Below, in pieces: positions 19,389 through 28,465 of a DNA stretch of 64,000 nt. The number at the start of each line of letters is the position of its first letter. The stretch's first letter is position 1. The position numbers were made by a program, and so were the translations under genes. The stretch is from a virus. Lineage: Duplodnaviria; Heunggongvirae; Uroviricota; Caudoviricetes. The notes under the pieces are model-generated. The model was not told the DNA's origin. It made no database searches and worked only from the letters and a program-made list of their open reading frames with translations. The stretch is taken from the IMG/VR virus record IMGVR_UViG_3300032116_012976; one strand, 5' to 3'.

Positions 19389-20460
19389 TGTATTCTACCT
19401 CTAAGTCTGTAAGCTCAGGGTAGATAGGCAAACTCAAACATCTGCGGCTAAGTGCATAACTGGCACTCAACATGTCTGGCCCTTGGTACTGTTGGAATAC
19501 AGGCAGTTCCTGTAGTGGTTCGGCATAGTGGATCTTGGTTTCAATCTTGCGCAAAGAGAGATTGCGTTGCACAATGTCACGTTGATCCACTTCAATCACA
19601 AACTTGTGATAGCAATGTTTGTCAAAATTGCTTTTGTCAATCAATGATCGTATGGGTGACTTTTCCAAGCGGTTCATCCAATAGGCAGCAATAGTACTTC
19701 TACGACTTTGCCATGCAGCCAAGTGCCGGGTCTTGATCATCATTTGCGCACAGTCCACCTCACTCATGCGTGAGTTGGTGCCTATTTCGCTGTGCTTGAG
19801 ATACTTGCCGTTGTTTACATAGTCTCTAGCAAACTCTTGCAGTTCATACCTGTTGGTCACTACAGCACCACCGTTGCCGTAGTTGGCAAAGTTTTTTGTA
19901 GGGTCAAAACTTATAGCGGCTGATTCGCTATGTCTATGGCATTTGTCGGCCAACCAGTGCTGTGCGGCATCTTCCACAATGATGTCGCCGTGATTGCGCC
20001 AGTGCTGATGAACACTCTGTCCATACAGGCCAACAAGGCACACTGCTTGATAACTTAGGTCTCGAGGCAACTTTCTATAGTCCATTTGCCCATAGTTGTC
20101 TGTGTCCAAGATGTAGATATTCCAGCCGGCTCGAATCCAAGCATTGGCAGTGGCTGGATAGGTCAGCGCAGGTATGACCACTGTGGGTGGTGTGATGCCG
20201 ATCTTGCTTCTAAAGTATTCAGCAATGATCTCTAGGGCATGTGTGCCTGAGTGACACAAGGTAGCATACTTGACACCGTTCTTTCTGCTGATCCAATGCG
20301 CAAACTCAGCAGTATAGTTGCCATCCATCAGTTGTCCCGAACGCAACACTTCATCAGTCACGTCCAGGATTTCCTGTCGGAGATTGTTATACTGCTTGCG
20401 GAGACCAGTAAACGGAATTGTTAAGCCAGTGGTAGTAATTTTCAAATCCTTCTTGAACAT
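19360..20460 (-). CDS. DegT/DnrJ/EryC1/StrS-family PLP sugar aminotransferase
   Basis: IPFTGLRKQY...VLRSGQLMDG, ...AISFDPTKNF... The start must lie upstream of the IPF motif, so it overlaps the epimerase 3' end by about 50-90 nt. Converges on, and overlaps, the end of ORF 15789. Confidence 0.8.
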   Translation of the reverse strand: MFKKDLKITTTGLTIPFTGLRKQYNNLRQEILDVTDEVLRSGQLMDGNYTAEFAHWISRKNGVKYATLCHSGTHALEIIAEYFRSKIGITPPTVVIPALTYPATANAWIRAGWNIYILDTDNYGQMDYRKLPRDLSYQAVCLVGLYGQSVHQHWRNHGDIIVEDAAQHWLADKCHRHSESAAISFDPTKNFANYGNGGAVVTNRYELQEFARDYVNNGKYLKHSEIGTNSRMSEVDCAQMMIKTRHLAAWQSRRSTIAAYWMNRLEKSPIRSLIDKSNFDKHCYHKFVIEVDQRDIVQRNLSLRKIETKIHYAEPLQELPVFQQYQGPDMLSASYALSRRCLSLPIYPELTDLEVEYIIDQLLEIV

Positions 20461-21355
20461 CAACCCGGGGATCAAAGCCTAATACTTGTCTGGCCTTGTC
20501 GATATTTAGTGCGCCACGGCTGGGAAAGTCTGCGTCTTTGTCTTTTACTTCTATTGAGCCCGAGCCCACAATGTCAACCACCATTTGGGCGGCCTGGAGG
20601 AGTGAGACTGAATGAGATTTAGTGATATTGTAAGTGTCGTTCGCAGCACCCACTTCCAATGCAGCCGCCACAATGCCATCCGCAGCGTCATCAACATAGG
20701 TAAAGTCAAGAGTCTCTCCCGCTCCGTTGACATTGAGAACTTGACCACGCATGGCTCGGAGCATAAATTTTGCCACAACACGATCTTCAACATCCAACGG
20801 ACCGTATACCGCTGAGGGGCGTATAATAACATATTCCATTCCTGTTCGACGAGCATAATCTTTTACCAGCCATTCTCCTGCAAGTTTCATGATGCCGTAT
20901 TGTCCAATTGGATTGCACGGAGCATCCTCAGTTACCTGATCGTCGAAGTCTCCGTACACCATTGAGCTTGAGATGTACACAAAGCGTCTAACACCGTATC
21001 TTTTGGCACTCTCAAGAACGTTGATCAGGCCACGCATCATTACATCAGCGCCGTGTGCAGGATTGGCGTTGACAACTTTCTGACGTGGAAATGAGGCCAT
21101 ATGGACAATCACTTCAGGCTGTTGAACTCTGATCACATAGTCAATGGTGTCCGCAGTTTCAATTGAGGCTGCATACAAAGGATGCCGATCAATCTTGACG
21201 GCTCGTTCTTCCATCAAGTAGTCTAATTCGGCCTGTGGAATAATGCCATAGTTGGTTTTGTTGTCAATGATGCTGACTGTGTGACCCTGGCGTTTGAGCC
21301 TTTGCACCACATTGTGTCCAATTAGGCCGTAGCCACCAGTTGTTAGTATTTTCAT
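20387..21355 (-). CDS. NAD-dependent epimerase/dehydratase (SDR)
   Basis: MKILTTGGYGLIGHNVV Rossmann motif; YxxxK region ...QYGIMKLAGE. Start moved to the ATGA junction at 21355. Confidence 0.85.
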   Translation of the reverse strand: MKILTTGGYGLIGHNVVQRLKRQGHTVSIIDNKTNYGIIPQAELDYLMEERAVKIDRHPLYAASIETADTIDYVIRVQQPEVIVHMASFPRQKVVNANPAHGADVMMRGLINVLESAKRYGVRRFVYISSSMVYGDFDDQVTEDAPCNPIGQYGIMKLAGEWLVKDYARRTGMEYVIIRPSAVYGPLDVEDRVVAKFMLRAMRGQVLNVNGAGETLDFTYVDDAADGIVAAALEVGAANDTYNITKSHSVSLLQAAQMVVDIVGSGSIEVKDKDADFPSRGALNIDKARQVLGFDPRVDVQEGFENYYHWLNNSVYWSPQAV

Positions 21356-21651
21356 TTGTTTCTCCACTTCATTTGATACCACATATAGACTCGTTCGTCC
21401 ATTATGGTAAAGTTGCCTGCTCTACTGTAGTCCCAAAAACGCCCATTGATATATTGTCCTGGATAGCCATAAGTTTCGATCAACCAACGCTCTTGCTCTA
21501 TAGTATGCACACCTTTGTGTTTGTACAGTGTCATTGGCACAAACTTTTCACCATCCCATACCTGCTTGCGCACCGGAGGTGGGAGAACTATATCTGACTC
21601 GTCGGCATATTCTATTACTGGTTGCCACCCCATTTGAGCCTCCAGAAACAT
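21352..21651 (-). CDS. hypothetical protein
   Basis: 99-aa ORF, coupled to the downstream gene. Confidence 0.5.
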   Translation of the reverse strand: MFLEAQMGWQPVIEYADESDIVLPPPVRKQVWDGEKFVPMTLYKHKGVHTIEQERWLIETYGYPGQYINGRFWDYSRAGNFTIMDERVYMWYQMKWRNK

Positions 21652-21944
21652 TCATTCTGTTCGCTGAGTCTGGCCACAATATCATAACGATGCCCGTAAC
21701 TGGCATAGTCAGTAGTTCTGTGCCAGTAAGGTTTTTCCACAGCATGTTCCATGACGAATTTACCAGCATCACTTTCTTGCCATTCGTAAATGGGCTGTGC
21801 CACAAACAGGTCTGGATCTTCAACATCGCCCATGCGGATGGTGTGTACTATAACATCACGGAAACTGATCCATTTACCATCAACCCATTTGGTTTGAGAT
21901 GGTTGCCAGTGAGTGGGTTTGGTATGATCTTGTGTGATGCCCAT
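21615..21944 (-). CDS. hypothetical protein
   Basis: 109-aa ORF. Confidence 0.5.
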   Translation of the reverse strand: MGITQDHTKPTHWQPSQTKWVDGKWISFRDVIVHTIRMGDVEDPDLFVAQPIYEWQESDAGKFVMEHAVEKPYWHRTTDYASYGHRYDIVARLSEQNECFWRLKWGGNQ

Positions 21945-21950
21945 GTGCTA

Positions 21951-21978
21951 GTATAGCACACCGACTATGATTGTGCAA
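21951..21978 (-). promoter_or_regulatory. possible sigma70-type promoter (TTGCAC-N16-TATACT)
   Basis: Minus-strand reading of gtgcaa...agtata. Weaker match than the main promoter family. Confidence 0.3.
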
Positions 21979-22657
21979 CCAAGTCTGCAGCCATTGGAAA
22001 GATTGCAGTAATGGCCTGGGCACAAGCACGGGCAATATCCATGTGTTCTTTTTGGGTGCCATTGCTGGCACGAAGTTCGATGTAATGTATCCACGAGCGC
22101 AATGTACCGTTCATGTACATGCGGCTAACAGTGAGACCTTCGGGCAACACTGCACGAGCTTGTTCTTTGGCAATACCGTTGTCAATAGCCCACTTGTACT
22201 CTTTCTTCACAGCATACAACACACGCTTTTGAGCACGTTCCCACTCGTAAGCAAGAAGCTTCTGCTCCTCATCCTCCATGTCCAAGTCTACGCTGTTCTG
22301 TCTATTCCGGGTGTCTTGGAATCGTGCCTCACGTAACACAAACGCCTCATCGAGTTCAGCTGTAGGATCAGCATATCGCTGGGAGAACTCTTGAAAGCTG
22401 AAACTTCTGTGACGTAGAATCTGTCGCGCAATGTCACGGGTGGTGACAATTTCCATGCAGGCAGAGACCATTTCGAGTGGGCTCCAGTGCTGGTGCTTGA
22501 TAAGGTATCTGATGAGTCGTTCGCTTGTGTCTGTGTTGAATTGATTGGCTGGGTTGGACACACGGGCGCAATACGCAATGAGTTCCTGAGCGTCATCAAC
22601 ACCTTGGGATCTAAATGATTCAGTTGGTTGACTGTAGGAAAGTAGCTTAACATTCAT
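21965..22657 (-). CDS. thyX: flavin-dependent thymidylate synthase
   Basis: ThyX signature RHRSFSFQEFSQRY plus ...ELRASNGTQKEH... Confidence 0.9.
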   Translation of the reverse strand: MNVKLLSYSQPTESFRSQGVDDAQELIAYCARVSNPANQFNTDTSERLIRYLIKHQHWSPLEMVSACMEIVTTRDIARQILRHRSFSFQEFSQRYADPTAELDEAFVLREARFQDTRNRQNSVDLDMEDEEQKLLAYEWERAQKRVLYAVKKEYKWAIDNGIAKEQARAVLPEGLTVSRMYMNGTLRSWIHYIELRASNGTQKEHMDIARACAQAITAIFPMAADLVAQS

Positions 22658-22959
22658 TTTAATTTGATAAGAATTTTATCAGTTTCGGGTTGTACAATTT
22701 CGGCAACAGCCGCGGCATCAACAATAAAGTTAACGGTATGAAGATCAGCTTCAATTTCACTAAGTGTGCGGCCCACAACAATCTCTAGTTCTTCACTGTC
22801 GAGACCCTGGCGCCGCAGTGTCTGCAGATTGATGGTTTTCTGTTTGCCACCTTTCTGCCGAATCACCACTTTTTTAATACATTCAAGTGGAATTTGTGTT
22901 TTGGTAACCTCATCAATGAGGTGCTCCCACTTGGCTAGAAATTCGTCACTGAACGGCAT
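22654..22959 (-). CDS. hypothetical protein
   Basis: 101-aa ORF, ATGA-coupled. Confidence 0.5.
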   Translation of the reverse strand: MPFSDEFLAKWEHLIDEVTKTQIPLECIKKVVIRQKGGKQKTINLQTLRRQGLDSEELEIVVGRTLSEIEADLHTVNFIVDAAAVAEIVQPETDKILIKLK

Positions 22960-23674
22960 GTGCGGTTACCTTGGCAGGTCGACCACGTTTCTTTGCTGGT
23001 GCAGCCACAGGTGCTTGCACGGTGTTGTTTACAACCACTCCAGGAAACATACGTTCAGCTTCTTTTTTCATTCTAGCAGCTTCGTTGATCAAGCCCTGTG
23101 CGTCAGCTTCCATGCGCTTGGCTTGCGTTAACATATTTGATGCAAGTGTTTTGTCATCCAGTGCATTGGAGGCATCGGCTTGCATGACTGGCATGCCGGC
23201 ACGTTGTTGAGCAGCTTCTTGTTCTAAACGTTGACGTTTGAACTCTTGCTCGGCCTGGCGCTTTTGCGCAGGATCAACCAAGCCAGAATTTGAATCTAGA
23301 TCAGCCATGCGTTTGGCAGCATCTTGACCTGATTCCATTTCTTTGACCAGTCGATTGAGTTCGTCTAGCTTGACTGAACTGGTTGTGGTAGGAGTAACAA
23401 TAACTTGATTGGTAGGAATCTTTTTAAGCATGCCTTCTTTGTGCAATGCTTCAAGGATTGCACGACCATCAGGCAGCAAGCTACGATGTAATGCATTGGC
23501 TAATGAAGTTTCTTGTTGTCCTGTTGGACTTTCTAACACTCTCATTACGGTATCATGAATGTGTGTGGGCAACACATCTGGATAAATTACAAGGCACATG
23601 TGATCTTCGCCAGGTATCTCTCTGAATATAATTGCGACCTTTCGATCGCCGTGACGTCCTACGTGTTTAAGCAT
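22946..23674 (-). CDS. hypothetical protein with C-terminal AT-hook-like KKRGRPAK
   Basis: Start moved to MLKHVGRHG (RBS aaggagatcaaaATG). The longer ORF-track version overlaps the upstream ORF. Confidence 0.55.
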   Translation of the reverse strand: MLKHVGRHGDRKVAIIFREIPGEDHMCLVIYPDVLPTHIHDTVMRVLESPTGQQETSLANALHRSLLPDGRAILEALHKEGMLKKIPTNQVIVTPTTTSSVKLDELNRLVKEMESGQDAAKRMADLDSNSGLVDPAQKRQAEQEFKRQRLEQEAAQQRAGMPVMQADASNALDDKTLASNMLTQAKRMEADAQGLINEAARMKKEAERMFPGVVVNNTVQAPVAAPAKKRGRPAKVTAHAVQ

Positions 23675-23861
23675 TTTGATCTCCTTGTGCTTGTTGTGCT
23701 TGTAGTTGAGCTTGACTATGGTCGAGAAACTTAGACAGTTTGTCATAGAGTCCACCAACAGTGCTCATTTCGGCTGCTTTGAATGCACCCCGATTGCAAG
23801 CCGCTTCGAGAAGCGACTTCATTGAAGCCATATCGGCTAGGGTAAGTTGTACATTTTCCAT
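23667..23861 (-). CDS. hypothetical protein
   Basis: 64-aa ORF. Confidence 0.45.
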   Translation of the reverse strand: MENVQLTLADMASMKSLLEAACNRGAFKAAEMSTVGGLYDKLSKFLDHSQAQLQAQQAQGDQNA

Positions 23862-23899
23862 ACAGATATTTAATATATAAACATCTGACGGAAATGTTT

Positions 23900-24106
23900 T
23901 TATGGGGTATTTTGGAAGAATTTGTTGGCCTTTTGGACAGCCTCTTCAATGGTCAGCGCAGGCACTATCACAAATGCCTGGTTGCTCACTATCTCCATGT
24001 CGTAAGGTATGCTACCAGTAAAACAAAAATCTTCTGGCACTTCCACCTGCACTTCAAAGTCCTGCATGCGGCGTGCTCGATCAATTACGTCAAGATGATC
24101 GCTCAC
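23900..24106 (-). CDS. hypothetical protein
   Basis: 68-aa ORF in a coupled chain. Confidence 0.45.
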   Translation of the reverse strand: MSDHLDVIDRARRMQDFEVQVEVPEDFCFTGSIPYDMEIVSNQAFVIVPALTIEEAVQKANKFFQNTP

Positions 24107-24291
24107 AGGATCTTACGCTCGTGGATCAGTGTTTCAAAGGTATCCCAGACTTTTTGGAACTTGCGTTCGTAGTAGTCAATCAGGACCTTGGTGTCTTCAA
24201 TGCTGGCACCTTGATCAATGTACATTTGCAAATCATTCGTGATCTTCCAGCACTCCATAATTTCTTGCTCAAAATCAAAACGGTCACTCAT
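24103..24291 (-). CDS. hypothetical protein
   Basis: 62-aa ORF, ATGA-coupled. Confidence 0.45.
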   Translation of the reverse strand: MSDRFDFEQEIMECWKITNDLQMYIDQGASIEDTKVLIDYYERKFQKVWDTFETLIHERKIL

Positions 24292-24569
24292 TTGAACTCC
24301 TTTAGTTCTTTGGGTTTCACAAAAATAAAATTATGCACTCGGCCATCCAGCTTGATAGGCAAATCCAAATGCACACTCACACGCGGACCTTCTACTAAGT
24401 TTATCTGCGTGTCATTGCCTACAGTGCCTCGGAATGGAATTTTGTTCCAAGTGCCTTGCACACGGTCTCCTATAAACCAAGTTGGCTTATATCCCACACG
24501 ATTAAAATAATCAGTTTGATTACCCACGGGGCTGACTCCATTCATCACGTGCCAGTTTGAACTCTGCAT
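24288..24569 (-). CDS. hypothetical protein
   Basis: 93-aa ORF, ATGA-coupled. Confidence 0.5.
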   Translation of the reverse strand: MQSSNWHVMNGVSPVGNQTDYFNRVGYKPTWFIGDRVQGTWNKIPFRGTVGNDTQINLVEGPRVSVHLDLPIKLDGRVHNFIFVKPKELKEFK

Positions 24570-24663
24570 ACACTCGGCGGAGCATGGTCACCACAGGAAT
24601 AAAGAAAAAGCCCGCAATAAATCCATACAGCAACCACTTTACGGCTTCCCATAAATCCATCAT
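24520..24663 (-). CDS. possible 47-aa membrane peptide (below ORF-track cutoff)
   Basis: MMDLWEAVKWLLYGFIAGLFFIPVVTMLRRVYAEF... has one hydrophobic helix. ATGA overlap with ORF 24660, but about 50 nt overlap with the next ORF. Confidence 0.35.
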   Translation of the reverse strand: MMDLWEAVKWLLYGFIAGFFFIPVVTMLRRVYAEFKLARDEWSQPRG

Positions 24664-24893
24664 ACAATTTGTCCTAGTCCTGCATAGATAAGTTGATCCA
24701 GCTCTGTTTGATAATCTGTACGACCCATTCTGCGTTTAAGCCAAATAGCGTTCAACAAATCTTTGGCACCATGCGAACTGTCAACAGGCAACTCGGCTCT
24801 AGACTCTAGTTCTTCTAAGAGATCTTCAGTATCAAAGTCACCAAGATCAACATCTACTTCTACTTCTGTGGTAATAGTTCTATACATCTTCAA
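24660..24893 (-). CDS. hypothetical protein
   Basis: 77-aa acidic ORF. Confidence 0.45.
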   Translation of the reverse strand: MKMYRTITTEVEVDVDLGDFDTEDLLEELESRAELPVDSSHGAKDLLNAIWLKRRMGRTDYQTELDQLIYAGLGQIV

Positions 24894-25104
24894 TTCCTAA
24901 TGTTGCAGGAGCATGATCCAACACATCTTGATCATCGCGGCGATAAAAATGCGCATCTGGATCTGTTATGGTCACACACAAATCACTGTGAGCGATGTCG
25001 TAGTCAACAAAGTCTCCACTGCTATTGTATACTCTAAACAAATAGGTGTCAAGTAATGCACTGTAGATCAAATGCCCTTCCACGCCGTTTGCAGATTGTG
25101 TCAT
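24880..25104 (-). CDS. hypothetical protein
   Basis: Shortened from ORF 24880..25395 to the Met at 25104, immediately after the stop of the vWA gene. Confidence 0.45.
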   Translation of the reverse strand: MTQSANGVEGHLIYSALLDTYLFRVYNSSGDFVDYDIAHSDLCVTITDPDAHFYRRDDQDVLDHAPATLGIEDV

Positions 25105-25105
25105 C

Positions 25106-26416
25106 TTACTTTTCCTCGTAGTAGGCGTATTGACCCCAGGGCGGAACAATGCTGTCGGTGCCATGCAGTATCCATACAGTGTCTGCATAATTCTCATCAC
25201 CCCACGAACCAAACGGGTAGCCGTCTGTAAACACAACCAGACGCTTGGGCTCAATTTCATTTTCTTTGAGATAGCGGAAGATAGCATCAAAGTCTGTTCC
25301 GCCGCCACCTGCGACTTCGTAATCACAAATACCGTCCAAATTGTCCGAGTCGTATTGTGCAGGGTTATAACACTCGGTATCAAAGGTAACCACATGGATT
25401 CGGTATGCAGGGAACGATTCCATGATGCCTTGGATTTCGCTTAAGAAGTCCTTGAGCATGCTCTCGCTAATGGATCCACTTGCATCCAACGCCACTGCAA
25501 TATCAATCATAGGATCCAGCTTCATGCCTGGCATCACAGCATCCATGTGCCAACCTTTGCGGCTGGCTCGCATCCATGTGTAGTCTGACTTGATGGTTGA
25601 CTCCAATTGCATACGGAGCAATTCGCGCCAGTTCATCTTGGGCTCGGTCAAGTCCTGAATCAGACGTTTGACACCTGCGGGCAAGTTACCTGCTCCATCC
25701 ACTGTAGCGGCAGCCGCTAACATGGCTTCCTTGATCTCGTCCTTAATTGCTTGACGCTCTTCGGGTGTGAGTTTGGGGCGACCCTTGCCTTTGCCTTCCT
25801 CGTCTCCGTCTCCGTCACCATCTGCGGGATCGCCATCACCGTCCAGATGGTCGTCCAACAACTTGTCAACAAGGTCGCTCAAGTTAATTTTCTTGGCGTT
25901 CTTCATCAAGTCATCATACACTTCCTCCGAACTCATACCCTCATACTTCTTGTCATACAGGCAAGGCACGGAAGTAATGAACTCACCCACATTGTGCTTT
26001 TTCAAGTCTGCGTTAACACAGAAGTCATTGGCAACGTTCCAAATCTGCGGGTCCCGCTCGCCACGGCGTCCAAAGTGGTCATACACACAATGCAACACCT
26101 CATGTCCAAACAAGAATTCAACTTCTTTGGGCTTGAGCAATTTAATGAACTTGCAGTTATAGTAGAAATTGCGTCCATCCGTTGCGGCAGTAGGACACCA
26201 TTCGTCAGCGTTCACCAACTTCAAACGAGTAGCAAGATTGCCAAAGAAACTGGCCTTAAGCAACAAACCCACACGGGCAGTAATCAATTGTTCACGCACC
26301 TCGCGATCCAGTTTGGGATCCATCTTGCCCAATAGATTTTTAAACTTGTCTGCTTCTTTGGAGTCAGCAGTGGTGCCTGCTTTGGCATATAACATGTCTG
26401 GATTGAAATATTGCAT
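25106..26416 (-). CDS. vWA-domain protein with HExxH metallopeptidase-like N-domain (CobT-like partner of the AAA+ ATPase)
   Basis: FGHEVLHCVYDHF (HExxH), and a vWA MIDAS-like block IDIAVALDASGSIS. Start moved to MQYFNPDM (RBS aaggaa) because the longer ORF runs into the promoter at 26442..26470. Confidence 0.7.
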   Translation of the reverse strand: MQYFNPDMLYAKAGTTADSKEADKFKNLLGKMDPKLDREVREQLITARVGLLLKASFFGNLATRLKLVNADEWCPTAATDGRNFYYNCKFIKLLKPKEVEFLFGHEVLHCVYDHFGRRGERDPQIWNVANDFCVNADLKKHNVGEFITSVPCLYDKKYEGMSSEEVYDDLMKNAKKINLSDLVDKLLDDHLDGDGDPADGDGDGDEEGKGKGRPKLTPEERQAIKDEIKEAMLAAAATVDGAGNLPAGVKRLIQDLTEPKMNWRELLRMQLESTIKSDYTWMRASRKGWHMDAVMPGMKLDPMIDIAVALDASGSISESMLKDFLSEIQGIMESFPAYRIHVVTFDTECYNPAQYDSDNLDGICDYEVAGGGGTDFDAIFRYLKENEIEPKRLVVFTDGYPFGSWGDENYADTVWILHGTDSIVPPWGQYAYYEEK

Positions 26417-26441
26417 GGGCTGTTCCTTAGTTGATGTGTAT

Positions 26442-26470
26442 ATTATAGCAAAAGATGATTTATTCGTCAA
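26442..26470 (-). promoter_or_regulatory. sigma70-type promoter TTGACG-N17-TATAAT with TGn extended -10
   Basis: Minus strand: ttgacgaataaatcatcttttgcTATAAT. Confidence 0.65.
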
Positions 26471-26775
26471 CTTACGACTTCAGTATTAGTTGTGGGTCTG
26501 TTCAGGTATTTGAGCTGGAACCAACTTTGTGCGGCTTCGCTAAAGAAGTCAACATGCACTTGCTGTTCGTAGTGCATGCTGGGACCGTCTTTGTATGGAT
26601 GCTCGTTTGCAACCAAGCCACGATGGTGCCGATACGTGAAACCCATCTCTTTTCGAAGCTGAGTCCGCAGTGCCATTTTCATGCCAAAGTCTCGAAGAAT
26701 CATGGCATAGATGTCCGACCACTCTCCGGGGTTGTGAAAGATGATCAAGTTCTTTTTGACAGTTACTTTGGACAT
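26467..26775 (-). CDS. hypothetical protein
   Basis: 102-aa ORF. Confidence 0.5.
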   Translation of the reverse strand: MSKVTVKKNLIIFHNPGEWSDIYAMILRDFGMKMALRTQLRKEMGFTYRHHRGLVANEHPYKDGPSMHYEQQVHVDFFSEAAQSWFQLKYLNRPTTNTEVVS

Positions 26776-26778
26776 ACT

Positions 26779-26838
26779 CTAAAAAGAGAGAGCCGTGTAG
26801 TCCACAGCCCGTGTATTTAATCTACACAGCCCTCTCTT
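26779..26838 (-). terminator. 17-bp hairpin plus T-run between the AAA+ gene and the next ORF
   Basis: Arms 26784..26800 / 26822..26838. The two imperfect positions are G:U on the minus-strand RNA but C:A on the plus strand. Followed by ttttt on the minus strand only 6 nt before the next ATG. Confidence 0.6.
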
Positions 26839-26841
26839 ATA

Positions 26842-27927
26842 TTAGGCTGATGCCTGCAAGATGTACTTGCCGTATTTGCTGTGGAACTCGTCAAAGTTCT
26901 TGAGCTTGGTGGGCAAGAACGGCAAGTCGTATGTGGTAAGTGCAATACGAGCACCCATCACAGTGAGCTCAGTCTCAAAGTTCTTCATCATGAAACCCAG
27001 GAAGTTATCCGCCATCTCATGGAACTTCTTGTCCTCAACCTTCTTCTCCACTGCATCCTTGAGCTCATAGCACATGGAGATAACCAGTGAGTACATGGCA
27101 CTGACCTCTTTCACGTTCAAGTCCTTGACCTTGCCTGCCAACACATCTGCAGGGTTGGGCATCTTGCTGGACACCTTGCGGTGGGCCATGAACTTAACTG
27201 CAAGACCTTCGCCCACAGTACCAGCAATCAAGTTGGTAAGGGTATCATTGTCTCCATCCTCGTCCTCCAACAGCTGGCTCACAAAGGTCCAGGTACGTGG
27301 AGTAGCAAAGGCACGGCTAGAACTCTTGGCATCAAAGTCGTACAAGTCCTGCTTGGCAAAACTCAAGTAACCCACCACGTCCTTGTGGATTTTGTTTTTA
27401 ACAGCCCAGTCTTGGTAGCTGGCAAAGTCCACTTTCATTTCCTGGTGCAGGAAACGGTTTGCAAGCGGAGTAGGCATGCGGTAGGTAACACCCTTGTCCG
27501 ACTCACGGTTACCTGCGGCAACCATCACAACGTTCTTGGGCAAGTGGTACTTGCCAATGCGTCGATTCAGAATCAACTGGTATGCGGCACTCTGCACTGA
27601 CGGAGCCGCAGAGTTGAGCTCGTCCAAGAACAGTACCACAATGGGATACTGGCTGGCAGTAGCCTCATCAGGCAATTCCACAGGAGGTGCCCAATCCATG
27701 ACACCTTTGTCTTTGTTGTAATAGGGAATGCCACGGATGTCTGTGGGCTCCATCTGACCCAAGCGGAGGTCAATCATGAGTCCGTCAAGTTCTTTAGTAA
27801 TGCCCTCAACCAGCTCTGACTTGCCGATGCCGGGAGGACCCCACAGGAACAACGGACGCTGAACTTTAAATGCTTTGAGCAGGCTTTTACGTGCCTGGAC
27901 GGAATTGACGGTGCGGGTATCTGACAT
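26842..27927 (-). CDS. AAA+ ATPase, MoxR/CobS-like
   Basis: Walker A LWGPPGIGKSEL, Walker B VLFLDELN. Size and pairing with the vWA protein are typical of phage cobS/cobT-like pairs. Confidence 0.85.
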   Translation of the reverse strand: MSDTRTVNSVQARKSLLKAFKVQRPLFLWGPPGIGKSELVEGITKELDGLMIDLRLGQMEPTDIRGIPYYNKDKGVMDWAPPVELPDEATASQYPIVVLFLDELNSAAPSVQSAAYQLILNRRIGKYHLPKNVVMVAAGNRESDKGVTYRMPTPLANRFLHQEMKVDFASYQDWAVKNKIHKDVVGYLSFAKQDLYDFDAKSSSRAFATPRTWTFVSQLLEDEDGDNDTLTNLIAGTVGEGLAVKFMAHRKVSSKMPNPADVLAGKVKDLNVKEVSAMYSLVISMCYELKDAVEKKVEDKKFHEMADNFLGFMMKNFETELTVMGARIALTTYDLPFLPTKLKNFDEFHSKYGKYILQASA

Positions 27928-27961
27928 GGGCTGTGTCCTTAAAATGTGTTAGTAAGCCGTT

Positions 27962-27990
27962 AGTATAACTGAAGTTGATTTATTGGTCAA
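27962..27990 (-). promoter_or_regulatory. sigma70-type promoter TTGACC-N17-TATACT
   Basis: Minus strand: ttgaccaataaatcaacttcagtTATACT. Confidence 0.6.
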
Positions 27991-28163
27991 CTATTGCAAG
28001 TCTCAAAAGGACTAAACAATTCTTCGTGATTGTCGCTTTCTTGCGACAGTTGTTCGTAGACCCACTCCACAGGGATCTCAAGATATCGTGCAATGGCACG
28101 AGGTTCGTGGCCTTCTTCCAGCATGGATTGGATGTCAATGCTAAGTTCGCTCATTCTACTCAT
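27987..28163 (-). CDS. 58-aa protein (below ORF-track cutoff)
   Basis: MSRMSELSIDIQSMLEEGHEPRAIARYLEIPVEWVYEQLSQESDNHEELFSPFETCNS. TAATG overlap with ORF 28163. Confidence 0.5.
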   Translation of the reverse strand: MSRMSELSIDIQSMLEEGHEPRAIARYLEIPVEWVYEQLSQESDNHEELFSPFETCNS

Positions 28164-28465
28164 TATACAGTTCCTTCAAGGTAAGGTTGAATTCGTTTGG
28201 CTTGACGGAAATCTTTTTCGGTCCACAACAGCCAGCTGTCAATGTCTTTTCTAGAGTCAGACAGTGTCATGTAATAACAAATATGGTGTCCACTGGGTGA
28301 TTTGGCAAGCAGAGTATTTTTATAATCTTCGTATGTGACAGCGGCTGGATTAAACACCTTGACAAGGCGAGTGTAAGGATCGTAAAAATGCGTCTGTGTG
28401 ACCAGCTCCACGTAGAAATCTCTTAGTTCAGAAAAATTACTCATTATGCAGTCTCCTTCATGCAA
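28163..28465 (-). CDS. hypothetical protein
   Basis: 100-aa ORF. Confidence 0.5.
   Translation of the reverse strand: MHEGDCIMSNFSELRDFYVELVTQTHFYDPYTRLVKVFNPAAVTYEDYKNTLLAKSPSGHHICYYMTLSDSRKDIDSWLLWTEKDFRQAKRIQPYLEGTV

Noticed and set aside
25106-26470. Long N-terminal versions of several ORFs (25106..26470, 54370..54735, 22946..23758, 35800..36030, 30300..31079, 48279..48890, 24880..25395, 20387..21382, 60460..60849, 37372..37707, 53179..53367)
   Set aside because: The extensions run through promoters, tRNAs or upstream genes. Internal Met codons with an RBS or an ATGA coupling give non-overlapping, better-supported starts.
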